Positions 1 through 13,430 of a stretch of DNA of 64,000 nucleotides are shown piece after piece. The notes below the pieces were generated by a model that was not told where the DNA came from, ran no database searches, and worked only from the letters and a program-made list of their open reading frames with translations. The stretch is taken from assembly GCF_009914755.1 (NCBI RefSeq), contig NC_060929.1. One strand, 5' to 3'. Within the stretch, counting starts at the first letter, position 1, and each line of letters starts with the position of its first letter. The stretch is from the human T2T-CHM13v2.0 reference genome, Homo sapiens. The position numbers and the translations under genes were made by a program.

Positions 1-324
1 ACACCTACTATGTGCCAGACAAATTGCTAGCCTAGGAAAGCTTCCTGTGCCCTCCATGGCTCTAACCTAGAACTTTTCACATCTTACAGGAATGATTAGC
101 TCTCTTATCTGTTTTCTCCACCAGACATATTCCTTGAAGGTAGAATCACTGTCAGCAGAGTCCTTGCCAGGAACGACTTTCCAGTGAAGGAGACAATGGA
201 AATTTGGACAACATTTTGAAAACCACTAACAGTAACAACGTGTTAATAATAATTAAAACATTAAGATGAAGAAGACAAAGAAGGAGAAATATGAAGGGAT
301 TGCTAATTGCTGGTGTTCTGCATT

Positions 325-450
325 TGTTTTCTTATTTAATCCTCATCATAACCTTATGAGGTGGGTAACAATTTGGACCCTGTTTTACAAATTAATAGGT
401 CATAATGCAAAGGTATTAGGTAACTTGATCAAAGTCACCCTAGAAACAGA
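325..450 (-). mobile_element. MIR SINE fragment
   Basis: atttaatcctcatcataaccttatgaggtgggt...ttttaca...ggtaacttgatcaaagtcac resembles the reverse-complement MIR core. Confidence 0.55.
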
Positions 451-624
451 ATTGAGTGGTTAGAGAGAGGCAGAGGAGAGAGAATTGTGTTCCAGGCAGG
501 AGAATGAAGGCATGAGCCAATCACACATACCTTCCAGCCATTTGGGAGGGCTGGACCAGCATTATTAGTTCAAGCAGAGCATGATAGGCTATGGCTCAGG
601 ATTGCCATTAATACCATCCACATA

Positions 625-860
625 TGTGGTTATTGAGGATTTACCATGTAATTGAGACAGGATTGTGATCATCACTTTGTAAGAATTACTTTATTTTTTT
701 CTCACCACAACCCTGAGAGAGACTTATTATTTTTATTTTGATTTTATGGATGAAAGAACTATTTTAGACAAGCTAAGTAACTTGCCCAAGGTGAGAAAGT
801 TAATAATTCAAGTGAGGTCTGGCCAATTCCAAAGTCCATGATCTAAACCCACCTCTGTTA
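625..860 (-). mobile_element. MIR SINE
   Basis: ctcaccacaaccctgaga...attttatggatgaaagaact...taagtaacttgcccaaggt MIR core motif. Confidence 0.65.
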
Positions 861-869
861 CCTGACCAC

Positions 870-1800
870 TTCAGAATGAGGCTGAAGACATAGTTAAGGC
901 CAAAGTATGAAGAGCCTAACAGGCTAACCCCAAAAGTAGGAATTTTATTCTAAAATCTATTTGGAAGCACAAAGAAAATGTAGGCAGGGTAATAGCACAG
1001 TTATACTTAGAATAATAATCATTTTAACAATGCTTTGAAGACGGAGTTGAAGGGAAGTGATACTACAGGCAGTAGACTAGTTAGGAGACTATTATAATAA
1101 ATCTGGTAAAAATATTTGCTGTGCTAGTGACAGTGGGAATGTTTAGGAGGTAAAATGATGACAAAAAGATAACAGGAAATGCCTAAATGATGACTACAAT
1201 AAAGGAGAATTCCTCGGGTTACTCTTGTGCCTCTGAGTTGAGTAACTAGTTGGATGATCATGCTATTCATTTATACAGGAGACATAAAATTTGGAGATTG
1301 AATTTTGAGCATGCGAGAGGTGTCTGGGGCATGTTCATCACAAGGTTATTTGGATATGTATATTTGGATCTTAGAAACCGGGGGATTGGGTTGTGGACAT
1401 AGATTTAAGAGTCCTTGACTTATAGGTAGTGGTCAGATGCTTGAACATACATCATAAGGACAACAAAGAAGAAGATGGAGTAGAATAATTAAAGAATACC
1501 GAAGGAAGAGTAGCATGAAAACTGCCAAAGGAGGAAATAGTTTCATGAAAGAGTGGTTGAAGTGTCTAATTCTACAGGACCGATTAAGTAGGATGAAGAG
1601 GGGAAGTACACAATCATTTGATAACTAGGGGGCTATTTGCTTGATGGAACTTGCCCCAAGCTAAGAGCTGTGGAAAGAAAAACTGGAGACATGGAGTAAA
1701 ACCTCTTCTTTTAAGAATCTTGGCTATAAAGGAAATTCTATAGAAGTAGGGGCAATGTAGGATAAAGGGAAGATATTTTATAAGATGAGAGATCTGTAAA
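870..1800 (-). mobile_element. L2 LINE, degraded
   Basis: Purine-rich L2-like motifs (gactagttaggagactattataataaatctgg; ggacatagatttaagagtc); boundaries approximate. Confidence 0.5.
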
Positions 1801-1999
1801 TATGTGTATGCACTAAGGGTAACTTAAAAACTCTCAATACAAAGAGATTTAAGATGGAGAGGGAAGGTTGCTAATGCAGGGGGTTGGCAATCATGGGGTC
1901 CAGAAAAAAGGTGGAGAAATTAGAAAGAGCTGAAAACCCTGAAAAGAAGAAGCTTTACATTAAATGTGGATAAGTCACACCACAGGCAACTTGACTGAA

Positions 2000-2990
2000 C
2001 AAACACACTAGAAAAGAACATTTGTTCTTCATATCACAAATCTAATCTCCCAATATGTACCAGCTAATCTCCCAATATGTACCAGAATCCATAAACTCAA
2101 TAAAAATATGAATAACAATTAATAAAAATAGGCATAGGTTATGAATAGACAGTTCACAAGAAAGAAAATATAGCTGGTTCTTAAACCAATATACAAAAAG
2201 ATATATAACCTCACTCATAACAAGAGAAATGCAAATGAAATATATACCAAGATACTGTTTTTCACACAACAGATTGGCCAAAATGCAAACATTTGAAAAC
2301 TTTGAAATCCTATGTTACTGTTAAAAACTTAAAGAAGCAAATTTTGCAATATAAAAAAATTTACAAATTTATACACCCTTTGAACCAGCAATCCCACTTC
2401 TGGGGGTTTATCCTATCTTGAACCCCAAAAGGGCTTGAGCTATCAGAATTTTTTTTATTATTTTTTTTCAGATTTTGAACTTCCTGGACTCAAAAACCCA
2501 TGGCATTTGAATCACTTCCTGTTTTTTAATAAGAAAATATTTATATCACTCACATACAAAATAAAATATATACAAGGTTATTTATTGTATCATTGATTAT
2601 AATAGCAAAAGATTAGAATTATCTCTTGCCCATGAATATTGGACTGATTAAATAGCTTATAGTATAAACTATGTTACAGTAAAATACTGCTGCATTGATA
2701 CATCAATGTATGATATAGAAAGCATTCTAGAATATAGAACTTAAGAATCACAACAATGAATATATTAGCTTTCATTTGTGAAAAAGGGAAAAGTAAGAAT
2801 ATACATTTGTATACGTTTGTACTTAAAGAAATACAAGTATGAAACTGAAGACAAATGCTTACTAAAAGGGGCAAGAGAGGAAAAGAGTTAATGAGAATGG
2901 AATTGGAAAGGAAACTTCTCAATGAATATGTTTTATATCACTCTGATTTTTGAGTAATATAACTGTGTTAGCTTTTTAAAAGGAGCATTG
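2000..2990 (+). mobile_element. Old L1 (L1ME-like) 3' fragment
   Basis: atgaatagacagttcacaagaaag, atacaccctttgaaccagcaatcccacttctggg, ttgattataatagcaaaagattag: L1 ORF2 end/3' UTR motifs. Confidence 0.65.
2042..2085. repeat. Perfect 22-bp tandem duplication
   Basis: ctaatctcccaatatgtaccag twice, head to tail. Confidence 0.95.
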
Positions 2991-4056
2991 ATATTTTAAA
3001 TGATATTGAGAATGATTTCTTAAAATAAATTATAATAGAGCAAATTCCCCCCCACCACACACACACATTCTCATGCACTTAATATCTGTTATGCTTTCTT
3101 GAGTAGGAGAGAAAGAAGAGCAATTACAACTGCTTACTAGGAATTTGGAAGTGCCATACTTTCAGCCTCTATTGGCTGTAGGGCAGTCCATAAGCTGAAT
3201 GCATCTTGGGAATGTGACTCATATATGAATATTATGGTCACGTTTATTGCAGAAGGCAACAAGTTTAGCAAATGTGCTCTAGCTATCTCAAAAAGATGTT
3301 CAATCTACAATTTCTAATTTGTTTATATTACACTGTTGCAATATGAGAGACAAATCCTAGAAATTTCTGCTATAGAAACAGGAAGTACAAGGGCTCGCCA
3401 ACACCTTAACCCGAGAAGGACCTCAGCTGTTCACATCCCTTTTGTTTAGGACATGAACTGAGACACAAAAGCCCAGGTCTTTGAAAATATATTTTACTTT
3501 TTAGTAAGAAGAAGGATATTTGCATTTGAAACCATAAAGCACCACAAGCAAAATAACTTTTTTTAGCCTCAAGTCCAAAAAAATCCTGAGGTAGAGAAAA
3601 AAATCATTTTTTCACAGATGTCATTTGTATATCAGTCCCAGACAACATAAGTGCTTTTGACTCTGTTGCGTACAACTCTCAGCTAGTGAAATTCCTGCAG
3701 TAGACATTTTCCTCTGGAAAGTGCAAAATAAATAAGCCAAACCTGCCTCAGTATATATCTGATGCCTTGATTTCATTCTTGGTAGTGGCCTTAATTTAGA
3801 GGTACAAATTAGTTTAGCTCTGTGTGTCCAAAAACTTAAAGAAATTAACCAATAAATGAGAATTTACCTCAAAATTGGAAACATTGATCTACAGCACCAG
3901 TTCTGATATGGTTACTTAAATCTGTAAAATTAAAGATTTGGGATTAGATTAATTCTACAGCTCTCACTAGCTTCAACATTCTATGATTCTCCTTCCTCCT
4001 GGCTGGGCTAGGAAACAAAGCTGCATTTTTTCTGAGCCTGGGAGGTCCTTACTTAC

Positions 4057-4155
4057 GAGACCAACATCTCAAATCATGCTACTCACAACAGTAGACAGAA
4101 AATATACGGCCTTAAGCTGTACTTCCTGCTAAGAAGGCTTTTCAGAAACATATTC
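4057..4155 (-). other. Candidate exon of a minus-strand transcript
   Basis: Minus strand: cccctatgttcag|GAATATG acceptor; donors CTC|gtaagt (4057) and GTT|gtgagt (4087); non-repeat sequence; splice motifs only. Confidence 0.25.
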
Positions 4156-4963
4156 CTGAACATAGGGGAGTCTTCCACAATGCAGGGCTTTGAGAATTGA
4201 GAATCGTCTTTTTTATTCCTGGAATTCAGAAGCATTATCATTGTTTCACAGCCTAGCTAAGCAAGGTAAGGCTTCATTTCACAATTCAAGTGGAGAAATA
4301 CCATTAAGTGAAGGAAAAATAATTCAGAGTATTCTAACAATGTTCTTCTAAGGTGGTCTCCAACTTTTGCTCTTTCTTAATTGAATATTGAAAAATCTGA
4401 AAAAAAACACAGCTAGAAGAAAATAAGTTTTATCTGTTTACTAACTTTAGGTGTTTCTCTCGGGAAAAGAGAGAAATTGTTGGCAGAAAATAATGAAAAC
4501 ACAAGGACTTGTGCTATGTGCTGAAAGAATTGCTCCTGAAACGATAAAGGTGAAATGCAGATAAAGACAATCAAGATACAGCCTTTTTTTAAAAATTATT
4601 TCCATTCCAGTCCTATCCATCCTGGCTATAAAGTGACTCTCAACCCAAAGATCTGGAAACTCCAGTTAAATAATGCACATTTAATTATTTTGGTGCCCTT
4701 TTGGTATCTAATGCATGCTATAGATGATTGCACTGTCATTTTAACACTGAGAGGTACAAAATAATAGGTCCATTTTCAAAAGACGTGGCCTTAACAGAAC
4801 TAGTATTTTTACTTTTAGTATCCAAAGTACTAGAATAAAGGAAACTGCTAAATGTAACGTAAAGTGGAAATGCACATACATTTAGTCATTGCAAGCACTA
4901 TGTCATATAAAAGCTTAGTTAAATGCTGCATTTTAGCAGATTAGCCTTTCCCACCTGAAATAG

Positions 4964-5349
4964 TGTCTTAGTTCATTTGTGTGGCTATAACAGAATAGCA
5001 CCAGTGAGGTAATTTATGAAGAACTAAAATTTGTCTCTCACAGTTCTGAAGGCTAGGAAGTCTAAGATCAAGGTGTCAGCAACTTGCATGGACTTTCTTG
5101 CTGCATTCTCACAGGCAGAAAAGGCAGAAGGGCAAGAAAGGAAAAGTTTTATCCTCACATGGCAGAAAGGTAGATGAGAGCAAACCCACTCCCATAAGCC
5201 CTTTTCCTAATGGCATTAATTTATTCATGAGGAGTTTACCCTCAAGACCTAAACACGTTCCAGAAGGTTCTACCTCTCAACACTGTATGTTGCATTGAAG
5301 ATTAAGTTTCTAACAATGATGTTGGAGGGAACACATTCATATAATAGCA
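4964..5349 (-). mobile_element. MaLR solo LTR (MSTC/MSTD/MLT1A-like)
   Basis: tgtcttagttcatttgtgtggctataacagaat ... acattcatataatagca; TG..CA ends; perfect 5-bp TSD aatag (4959-4963, 5350-5354). Confidence 0.85.
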
Positions 5350-5481
5350 AATAGGAACTTTGTAGCAGTCATACTTTTAATGGAAAAGATGAAACTACTT
5401 GGGGATCTCTGTGCTATGTAGTTCACTGAAAAAATATATCAAATATTTAATCTAAGACACACATTTTATCACATTTGTAAA

Positions 5482-5769
5482 CGCATTGTGGCTCACATTT
5501 GTAATCCCAGCACTTTGAGAAGCTGAGAGCAGAGGATTGCTTGAGCCCAGGAGTTTGAAACTAGCCTGGGCAAGATGGTGAGCACCTTTCTCTACAAAGG
5601 CTTAAAAAATCAGCCAGGCATGGTGGCACACCAGTAGCTCCAGTGCCAGCTACTCAAAAGGCAGAGGCAGGAGGATCCCTTGAGCCCAGGAGTTCCAGGT
5701 GCAGTGGCTTTGTCACACCACTGCACTCCTGCCTGGGTGACAAAGCAAGACCCCATCTCTTAAAATAAA
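5482..5769 (+). mobile_element. AluJ
   Basis: Dimeric Alu with J-type ggattgcttgagcccaggagttt, high divergence. Confidence 0.9.
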
Positions 5770-6059
5770 TCCATCAAGGTGGAATGCATCTTGCATTAGG
5801 TAGTGAATCAGTTTAATTGGCAGTGCTTTACTTTTTCTTATTTATTGGGACATAAAATAACAGTACATCTTTGAGATCATAAAGTGTGGTCTTATATGAA
5901 GATGTTTTTGTTGTCTTCTATGGTAAGAGCCATTCATAAGATCACATTACTTATTTTATGGAATGGGTCAAAAAGACAAAGAATTAATCTCAGTGTAAGT
6001 TTTCTCCTAGTACTAAGGGATACTAATAGCAAAACACACAGTTAAGATCACGATATTCC

Positions 6060-6559
6060 TTGTTAATCTAAATAACAGCTTCCCAAAGATGTCCACATTC
6101 CAATACCCAAGATCTGTGACTATGTTACCTTACATAGCAAAAGGGACTTTTGCAGGTGTGATTAAGCTAAGGACCCTGAGATAGGAAGACTATCCTGAAT
6201 TATCTGGGTGGACACTATCAAATCACTAGGGTCCTTATAACAGGGAGGCAGGAAGATCAGAATTAGAGAGAAGAGATTTAAGAATGGAAGCAAAGGCTGG
6301 AGTAATACATTTTGAAGATGGAGGAAGGGGCCATGAGCCAAGGAATGAAGGAGTCCTTTTAGAATCTGGGAAAGGTAAGGAAAAAGATTCTCATCTAAAA
6401 CCTCCAAAAGGAATGCATCTCTGCTGACATCTTGATTTTAGCGTATAAAACCTATTTCAAGTTTCTGACCTCCAGAACTGTAAGATAGATAAATTTGTGT
6501 TGTTTTGACCCACTAAGTTTGTGGTAATTTTTTACAGTAGCAATAGGAATCTAATACAA
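6060..6559 (+). mobile_element. MaLR solo LTR (MLT1D-like)
   Basis: cccaaagatgtccacattcc...tatgttaccttacatagcaaaagggacttt...ttacagtagcaataggaatctaataca. Confidence 0.85.
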
Positions 6560-7139
6560 CCCTCTATAAGGAACATTTGTTGAATAATACAAAATAGTTT
6601 TTACAGTCCTTCTGGTTAATGTCAAAGTAATTGCACATACTGGTAATTATATTCCTATGTTATGAAATGATGCAGATAATCAAGAAAAATAAGATGCAAG
6701 TATGGATGAATAGAAGGATGGGCACATATATATCTATGAATAAATATATACTGATCTAATTTATATATATAATAAAGCAAAAATAGCAATATGCTAATTG
6801 TAGAATCTGAGAGATAGGTATACGTGTGTTCATTGTACGTTATTTCTTTAAATTTGTCTATATTTTTTAAACATTTTATAATAAGGTATTGGGAAGCAGG
6901 GAGATGAATGTAGATTTGACAGCTTTAAAATAGAGATGTTGCCATTCTTGAAAAAAAAATCAGCTTTTAGCCAGGTGACCCCCCAAAATCATAAGCCTCT
7001 GTCATTACTGTATATACTGTCATATATTACTGTATAAATTAAGTTAAATTACAATTTTGTATTAGTCCTAATATTCAATTATAATGGTTTTTAATATATA
7101 AAATCAAAAACTTCAATGAAAAACTGATTCTTTTTCTCC

Positions 7140-7345
7140 ATTAACAATAATTTGATTGTATATTTCAAGATAGCTGGAAGAGAATAATTCAAATGTTTCT
7201 GGCATAAAGAAAAGACAAATATTTAAGGTAACGAATATCCCAATCATACTGATTTTATCTTTACAAATTATAAGAATGTATTAAATTATTACATGTACCC
7301 TGAAAATATGTACATCTATTGTGTATCTATAAAGAAACAATTTTT
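7140..7345 (+). mobile_element. L1MA-type 3' end fragment
   Basis: ttaacaataatttgattgtatatttcaagatagctggaagag...catgtaccctgaaaatatgtacatctattgtgtatc. Confidence 0.75.
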
Positions 7346-7620
7346 AAAGAACAATTTGACACCGAGGAATGAATTTTTAAATGGTAAAGAGAGATTCTAA
7401 CAATATATACTGAAGGATGTGCTTGCTGACATTTTTATGTTAGCAAAAGAATTACAAAAGAACCTTCATATTTCCCAATCCTAGGAAAATACATGAAGTA
7501 GAAATTTACTTTTGATGCACTAACACTTTCTCCACCGGTACCCACTCTCTTGATTTTTCTCTCTCCAAAGGGATTTGCTCTATACTAGAGTTAGAAAATG
7601 AACATGCAATTTTTCCTTAC

Positions 7621-7691
7621 GCCGGGTTGTTCTTTACCAAGATAGTTTCATTTTAACAGACTTCTCTTTAAAATTCTGGTGCTGTCAGTAC
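7621..7691 (-). other. Candidate non-coding exon of a minus-strand transcript (alternative acceptor extends it to 7843)
   Basis: Minus strand: ttattccttcgttccctgtag|GTACTG acceptor, CCCGGC|gtaagg donor; second acceptor tttcacttattaaccag| at 7843; locally retained CpGs. Confidence 0.4.
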
Positions 7692-9136
7692 CTACAGGGA
7701 ACGAAGGAATAATGGCAGATTCAAGATCCTATGGCATACCACAAGGCATCTCTGAATCTCCGAAACATGAATCCTGGTTTGCTTCCAAAATCGATTCATA
7801 AGGTCAGCAGTGGAGCCTATATATGGCCTATAGCTCCTGCTACCTGGTTAATAAGTGAAACCACACAGAAACTGTAAAGTAGCCTATTGTTTTCTGACTA
7901 TTTCCATGTCTATTTATTCCCACTTATGTTCACATTCCACAGCAATGCTTCAAAAAGTTTAGAAAAAGCAAAACACAGTAGGAACAATAAGGTATAAAAC
8001 TTTCATCCCACCTTTAAATTCAACAGCTAATTTTAATTATCATCCTTATATCTCAATGGGTTAATTGTATTTCATTTTTTTCATATCCCTGCTACTAGTT
8101 TCATTATATTTATTATTCCCTTGAAATTGCCTATAACCTACAGTAGAGTATCTTCAGAAATTAGCCAATTAAACAAAGGCACAGACCATTAAGCAACTTA
8201 ATTGTTTGCTCAATGGACTTTGCCAGTTTATTTTAGATTATCCTACTTTAAAACATCACTTAAATATATGGCCAATATGTAACCTTCTTCTGCCTAATCT
8301 CAACTGAAAACCATACTCTGTTATTATACCTCTTCAACATCATCCCTGATTACTGGTGATAACAGTTTCCTTCTTTTTGGCTTTAAACTGAGCACTTCTA
8401 GAAAAGTCTCTCTTATATCTTCACTGTTTTTATCAGTAATGTAAAGAATACTGTCTACTTTTTTTCTGGCTCTCGTTCTTTTTTTAAATTCATTGAATCA
8501 TATTCCTCAGCTGGGCCCCAAGTGCTACTCAGCAATTCTTTTATTTAACTCTAATTGATTCCCTATTGCACTTGCCACAGCAACTGTTTGAAAATGCATC
8601 TCAAGGCACCTAACTCACACCTGTCATACTGAGTCTCAGTAAATAACTTTGCCATACACCTAAATTACAAAGAAGACCAAAGCCTTCTGAAGCAAATTCC
8701 TATTCTGGTATTCATTTATCATTTCAGATTTTCTCAGAAACGTATTCTTTTTAATTCTTCTGTGATCTTAAGGAAAGGATATCATTCTATTCCAAGATGA
8801 ATTTTTCCAGCACATAAGAAGTAACATTGCTTCACTTGTAACATTTACTCTGCATAAACAAGCAAGTCTTCCCTTTACACCTTATAGCACATCAGAAACA
8901 AAGCCGAAATATTTAAACCTGATTTTACCGAAGGCTAGGGGATAATAAAAGGGAAAAATTCCAAAGAGATATGTGTAATTGGAGAATCTGATTTGCAATA
9001 TAACTGACTCATCTTCAGTTTATGGCCCACTACGGGGTCCCATCTTCTTGGGTTCTTGGACTCTGCACAGAAACCAACAGCATTCAGGAGCATACATCTG
9101 AATATGTGCCCTCCTCAGGAATAGACCAAGGCACTG

Positions 9137-9518
9137 TGTATTAGCCCATTCTGACGCTGCTAATAAGACATACCTGAGACTACTAGGTAATTTATAGAGG
9201 AAAGAGGCTTAATTGATTTGCAGTTCAGCATGGCTGGGGAGTCCTCAGGAAATTTAAAATCATGGCAGAAGGGGAAGCAAACAAGTCCTTCTTCACATGG
9301 CAGCAACAAGGAGAAGGACCAAGGAAAAGCAGGGAAAAGCTCCTTATAAAACTATTAGATCTTGTGAGAACTCACTCACTATCATGAGAACAGCAGTATG
9401 GGGGGAACTGCCCCCATGATTCGATTATGTCCCACCAGGTTCCTCCCACTACACGTGGAGATTATGGGAACTACAATTCAAGATGAGATTTGGGTGGGGA
9501 CACAGCCAAACCATATCA
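9137..9518 (-). mobile_element. THE1C/THE1D solo LTR
   Basis: Ends gagatttgggtggggacacagccaaaccatatca (reverse of THE1 5' end); near-TSD cactg/cagtg. Confidence 0.92.
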
Positions 9519-9994
9519 CAGTGGGATTCAGAGAGAAGTGTTTCCTCTCTTACATTCCCAGGGGTCAACTTCAGTTTTCTTTCTTCTCAGGACTGACACC
9601 AGGAATGTCCACTCTACCATAACAGTCAATATGTGTTCTAGCCGCATGATTTTTTTTTGGACTAAGTTCTATAAATACCTTTCTTATCCTGGTTTATATC
9701 TTTCATTCTTCCAGGAATGTATTTCCTCTGCTTCTTCTGTTAAAGGTCTACTGTTTCCTAATGTGTTAAGCACATTTTCAACTTTCCTTTTCTCCATATG
9801 ACCTTCACAGGACCTCTCTATTCTCTAATTGCACTTATTTGTTCTTCCTCTAATGAAGGTGACTCTTGGTTTGGAAGATATTAGTTAGCTCGGTATTTGG
9901 AGGCCCCTATCACTAGATGGAACTCTTGGATAGTAAGGACTCTCTCTTTTTGTTAATGAGTAACATCAACAATTCATAACTTACTACTAGAGTT

Positions 9995-10215
9995 TACAAT
10001 TACTGGACACCTATGTACCAGACAGTCTGCTAAGCACTTTGAATGCATTATCTCATCTAATCTTTACCACAGCCATAAGAAATAAGTTCTATTATTATCA
10101 CTGTTTTACAAATAAGAAAATAGAGGAATAGAAAGATTCACTAACATGTTCAAATTCTCAAAGATAGTAAGGATGGAGCCAGGCTTTGCACATAGCCATC
10201 TAATTCTATTGCTCT
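9995..10215 (-). mobile_element. MIR SINE
   Basis: ctgctaagcactttgaatgcattatctcatctaatc...ctgttttacaaataagaaaatagagg. Confidence 0.7.
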
Positions 10216-12204
10216 TGCTCTTGTCCCCTTCATGAATCTTCACAGCAATTTGCACTTGCAAACACTCCATAAATGTTGACTGGTATTGGAATTGCATTGG
10301 CCCATCTATCCTTGGCCCAAAACAAAGTAGGTTTTATCTTACACGCATATTCCAAAAGAAAGAAAGGATTGTACTTTAAGAAGAAAGTACATTAAAAAGT
10401 CACTGCAAATCCAAGACCCCAACCAATGCAATTTACGGGAAGAAACATGGTTTTGGTTCATTTGCAACATCAATATAAGGATTATTGACATTTTGGTTTA
10501 AAAGATTTTTTGAAAAAATTAATAAATAAAAGCTTAGAAATCATGCAAGGTCATGTACATTTTCATTATACACACACACTTACACACAATTAAGTTATGT
10601 TAACAAGTCTCCAGCGGAGCAGAGTGTGTTACCATAACACGTCACCATTTTATTTAACCTTATCGGTAAAACATACTTTTCTTTTCAAGCTCTTAGGTTA
10701 ATTCAGAGGGACATCTTGGAAATAAACAATCTCTTATGTGGCATTCTCGATGAATGCATTACCATTTTGACCAAAACAACATAAACTTGAATTATCATAA
10801 TAAAAACAAGGGATGATTTATCTTTCTGATGGACATTATATGAAAAAAGAAAACCAGACCCAGGAAGGAGCAGGTTGCTAATGAAGCTCAAAATAATCTG
10901 TGGACATAGAGATCCTAGAACCAATTAAACTCTTTGTCTAAGTGAAAGTATTTTTGTTTTCTCAAATAATTAGAGAAGAGTATAGTATCAAAACAATCGC
11001 TCTCAAGTCCATCTACTTGAATGGAATTTATGAGACAAAAATATAAAAATATACATTGACAAGAGGCAGAAAGAAAAGCATTTAGTTAGATGGGCAATTA
11101 CAATTCTGTATCAATTTTTTTAAATCTCATTTTCCAACCGTTTCCATATATTTGCTTCAGTTTTCCATTGAGTGCATTTTAAAACAAAACTAGAATTCTG
11201 AAAACTACTGTATTAACTGCTTCACAGAAAAAAATATTGCTCTGATTGTTTATGGTAGATACAGATGAGAAGCATCGCACCTTCTTCTACTCGACTTTAT
11301 CTGCAGTGCCTTGTTTGTGCAGATACAAAAATGTAATGGAATACAGAAATCCTAAACACTGCTTTAGAATTCATATAGTTGGTATTTTATTGACTTTTTA
11401 AGTCAATTTTTTCCTCTCTTTGATATTAGAGCTCAGCACATCAGCTTAAAAGAACTGTGCCCTGATGGATGGAAAGTTTGGATCTCAGCAGGATTCTCTT
11501 TCTACTAAAAGCAATGAAATTTAGGATGAGCTATTAGGATTGGGGGCTTGAGGTGGGCAAAGGAGGGGAGGCAAGTGTGAGGGATTGCCAGAGAAAATAT
11601 CCTGAAGGGTTCTTAAGCCTGCAGGAATTTATGGGATAATTTCCATCCTTAAACGAGATCTTTAAAGATTTTCACGCTTTCTTGTTGCCAGCGGGGTCTT
11701 CTGTTGAAATAAGATAATTTCTGTGTTTGCGTACCTCCAAAGAGTAAGAGAAAAAAATAGTCACGTTGACACATTCCTTCTTAGATATCAAACAGAATGA
11801 CAGCCTGAGTTGAGGACAAAGAAAAGTGACAAGCTTTGCACATGCCAGGGACTCTGAATCCTCTCATATATTCAGTTATGTGGATGGTATTTATATGCTT
11901 AGAAGAAATATCTGTGTAAAACAATCACATAAAACACAATAAAGGTAACCAAAGTTTACTGGCAAAGTACCCAAGGAAGCATAATTTCTTTTAAAAATTC
12001 TGAGTCAGAAGTAATTTGTCAATTACATGAGGAATGGGATTCAAAGGTCTAAAAATATTCCAAATCTTCCAAAAATGAACAGTGTCTATTTTTTTCTGAG
12101 GAAACAACAAAGTTGAAGGGCCAAAAAAGCAGGGCATGGGATGGTACTGATGCTAACTAGTTTCATGAAATAAAAAGCTTTAAGCTCATATTAGATACTA
12201 AAAT

Positions 12205-12504
12205 GGCTGAGCGCAGTGGCTCACACCTGTAATCCTAGCACTTTGGGAGGCCAAGGCAGGTGGATTACCTAAGGTCAGGAGTCTGAGACCAGCCTGGCCA
12301 ACATGGCAAAACCCCGTCTCTACTAAAAATACAAACATTAGCTGAGCACGGTGGCGTATGCCTGTAATCGCAGCTACTCAGGAGCTGTGACACGAGAATC
12401 ACTTGAACCCAGGAGGCAGAAGTTGCAGTGAGCGAAGATTGCGCCACTGCACTCCAGCCTGGGTGACAGAGTGAAACTCAGTCTCAAAATATATATATAT
12501 ATAT
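12205..12504 (+). mobile_element. AluS (Sx/Sz-like) with (TA)n-converted tail
   Basis: Full dimeric Alu; ggtggattacctaaggtcaggag; tail aaaatatatatatata. Confidence 0.95.
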
Positions 12505-12832
12505 TTCTCCTCCATACACAGGTTTCATTATCCAACCTTCCACACATGATACAATTCCCTTTAAAATGCATTTCTTGTTGAGTTTATTATCCATATTTAT
12601 ATCCCCATGGGGTTTAATCTAGTTTATAAAACTAGAAAGTTTTATAAATGCTTAAAATATGGCTCGTCTCACTGCAGTGACATGAGTGCCAAAAGAAAAG
12701 AAGAAAGAACCAGACATTTCATTTTTCATCAAATATTGAAATAGAGATTATCTAGTAAATCCAGTTTTCCCCCCAGGAGTTTATGGAAAGTGATTCTTAT
12801 GTATCTGATAGTGATCTGACCATTCTTCACTC

Positions 12833-12872
12833 TGTGTGTGTGTGTGTCTTTGTGTTCATGTGTGTGTGTATG
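12833..12872. repeat. Imperfect (TG)n microsatellite
   Basis: tgtgtgtgtgtgtgtctttgtgttcatgtgtgtgtgtatg. Confidence 0.85.
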
Positions 12873-13039
12873 TTTACATGCACATATATTTGAAACAAAA
12901 ATGCTACCCTGCTCTCAATGTTCTGGGCCTCCTGGCAAACTGACCACAGTCCCTCCACCAGACATCACTCAGCAGGCCATGGAAAGCATGGTGACTTGCC
13001 AAATGAAGGGCAGCCATCTATGACCATATTCTCATTTCC

Positions 13040-13430
13040 CCTCTCCCCTGTTGTCGTTACTTGGTCACTCTAATAATATATTTATGGGAGAAAAACTGTA
13101 TTTTCTACAATGAAAGAAAGTTAGTGAGAAAAGTGTCATCATTTTACATTTTGGAAAATGTCTTTAATGCTTGACTTTATAGGCAGAATTTAAGTTTAAT
13201 TCTGGCTTCTCCTACAGCACTGCAGTTAATCTCTTGTGATATAGCACATGTCATATAGTCTCTGGAAAAGTCCATTGTACACTTGTGAGAGAGTGATAAG
13301 AGCAAATAAATGTCTTGTTATAGGTTAACCTCACTGATTCTGGGGTCTTTCATAATTTCTGTGACATAACCCAGAAGGGGTCTTGGCATATGTCAGGCAA
13401 CCCTGGATTACATTTTGAGAATCTCTGGAA
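13040..13430. mobile_element. hAT-Charlie DNA element (MER119-like)
   Basis: ttagtgagaaaagtgtcatcattttacattttgg...ctctggaaaagtccattgtacacttgtgagagag...cattttgagaatctctg. Confidence 0.7.
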
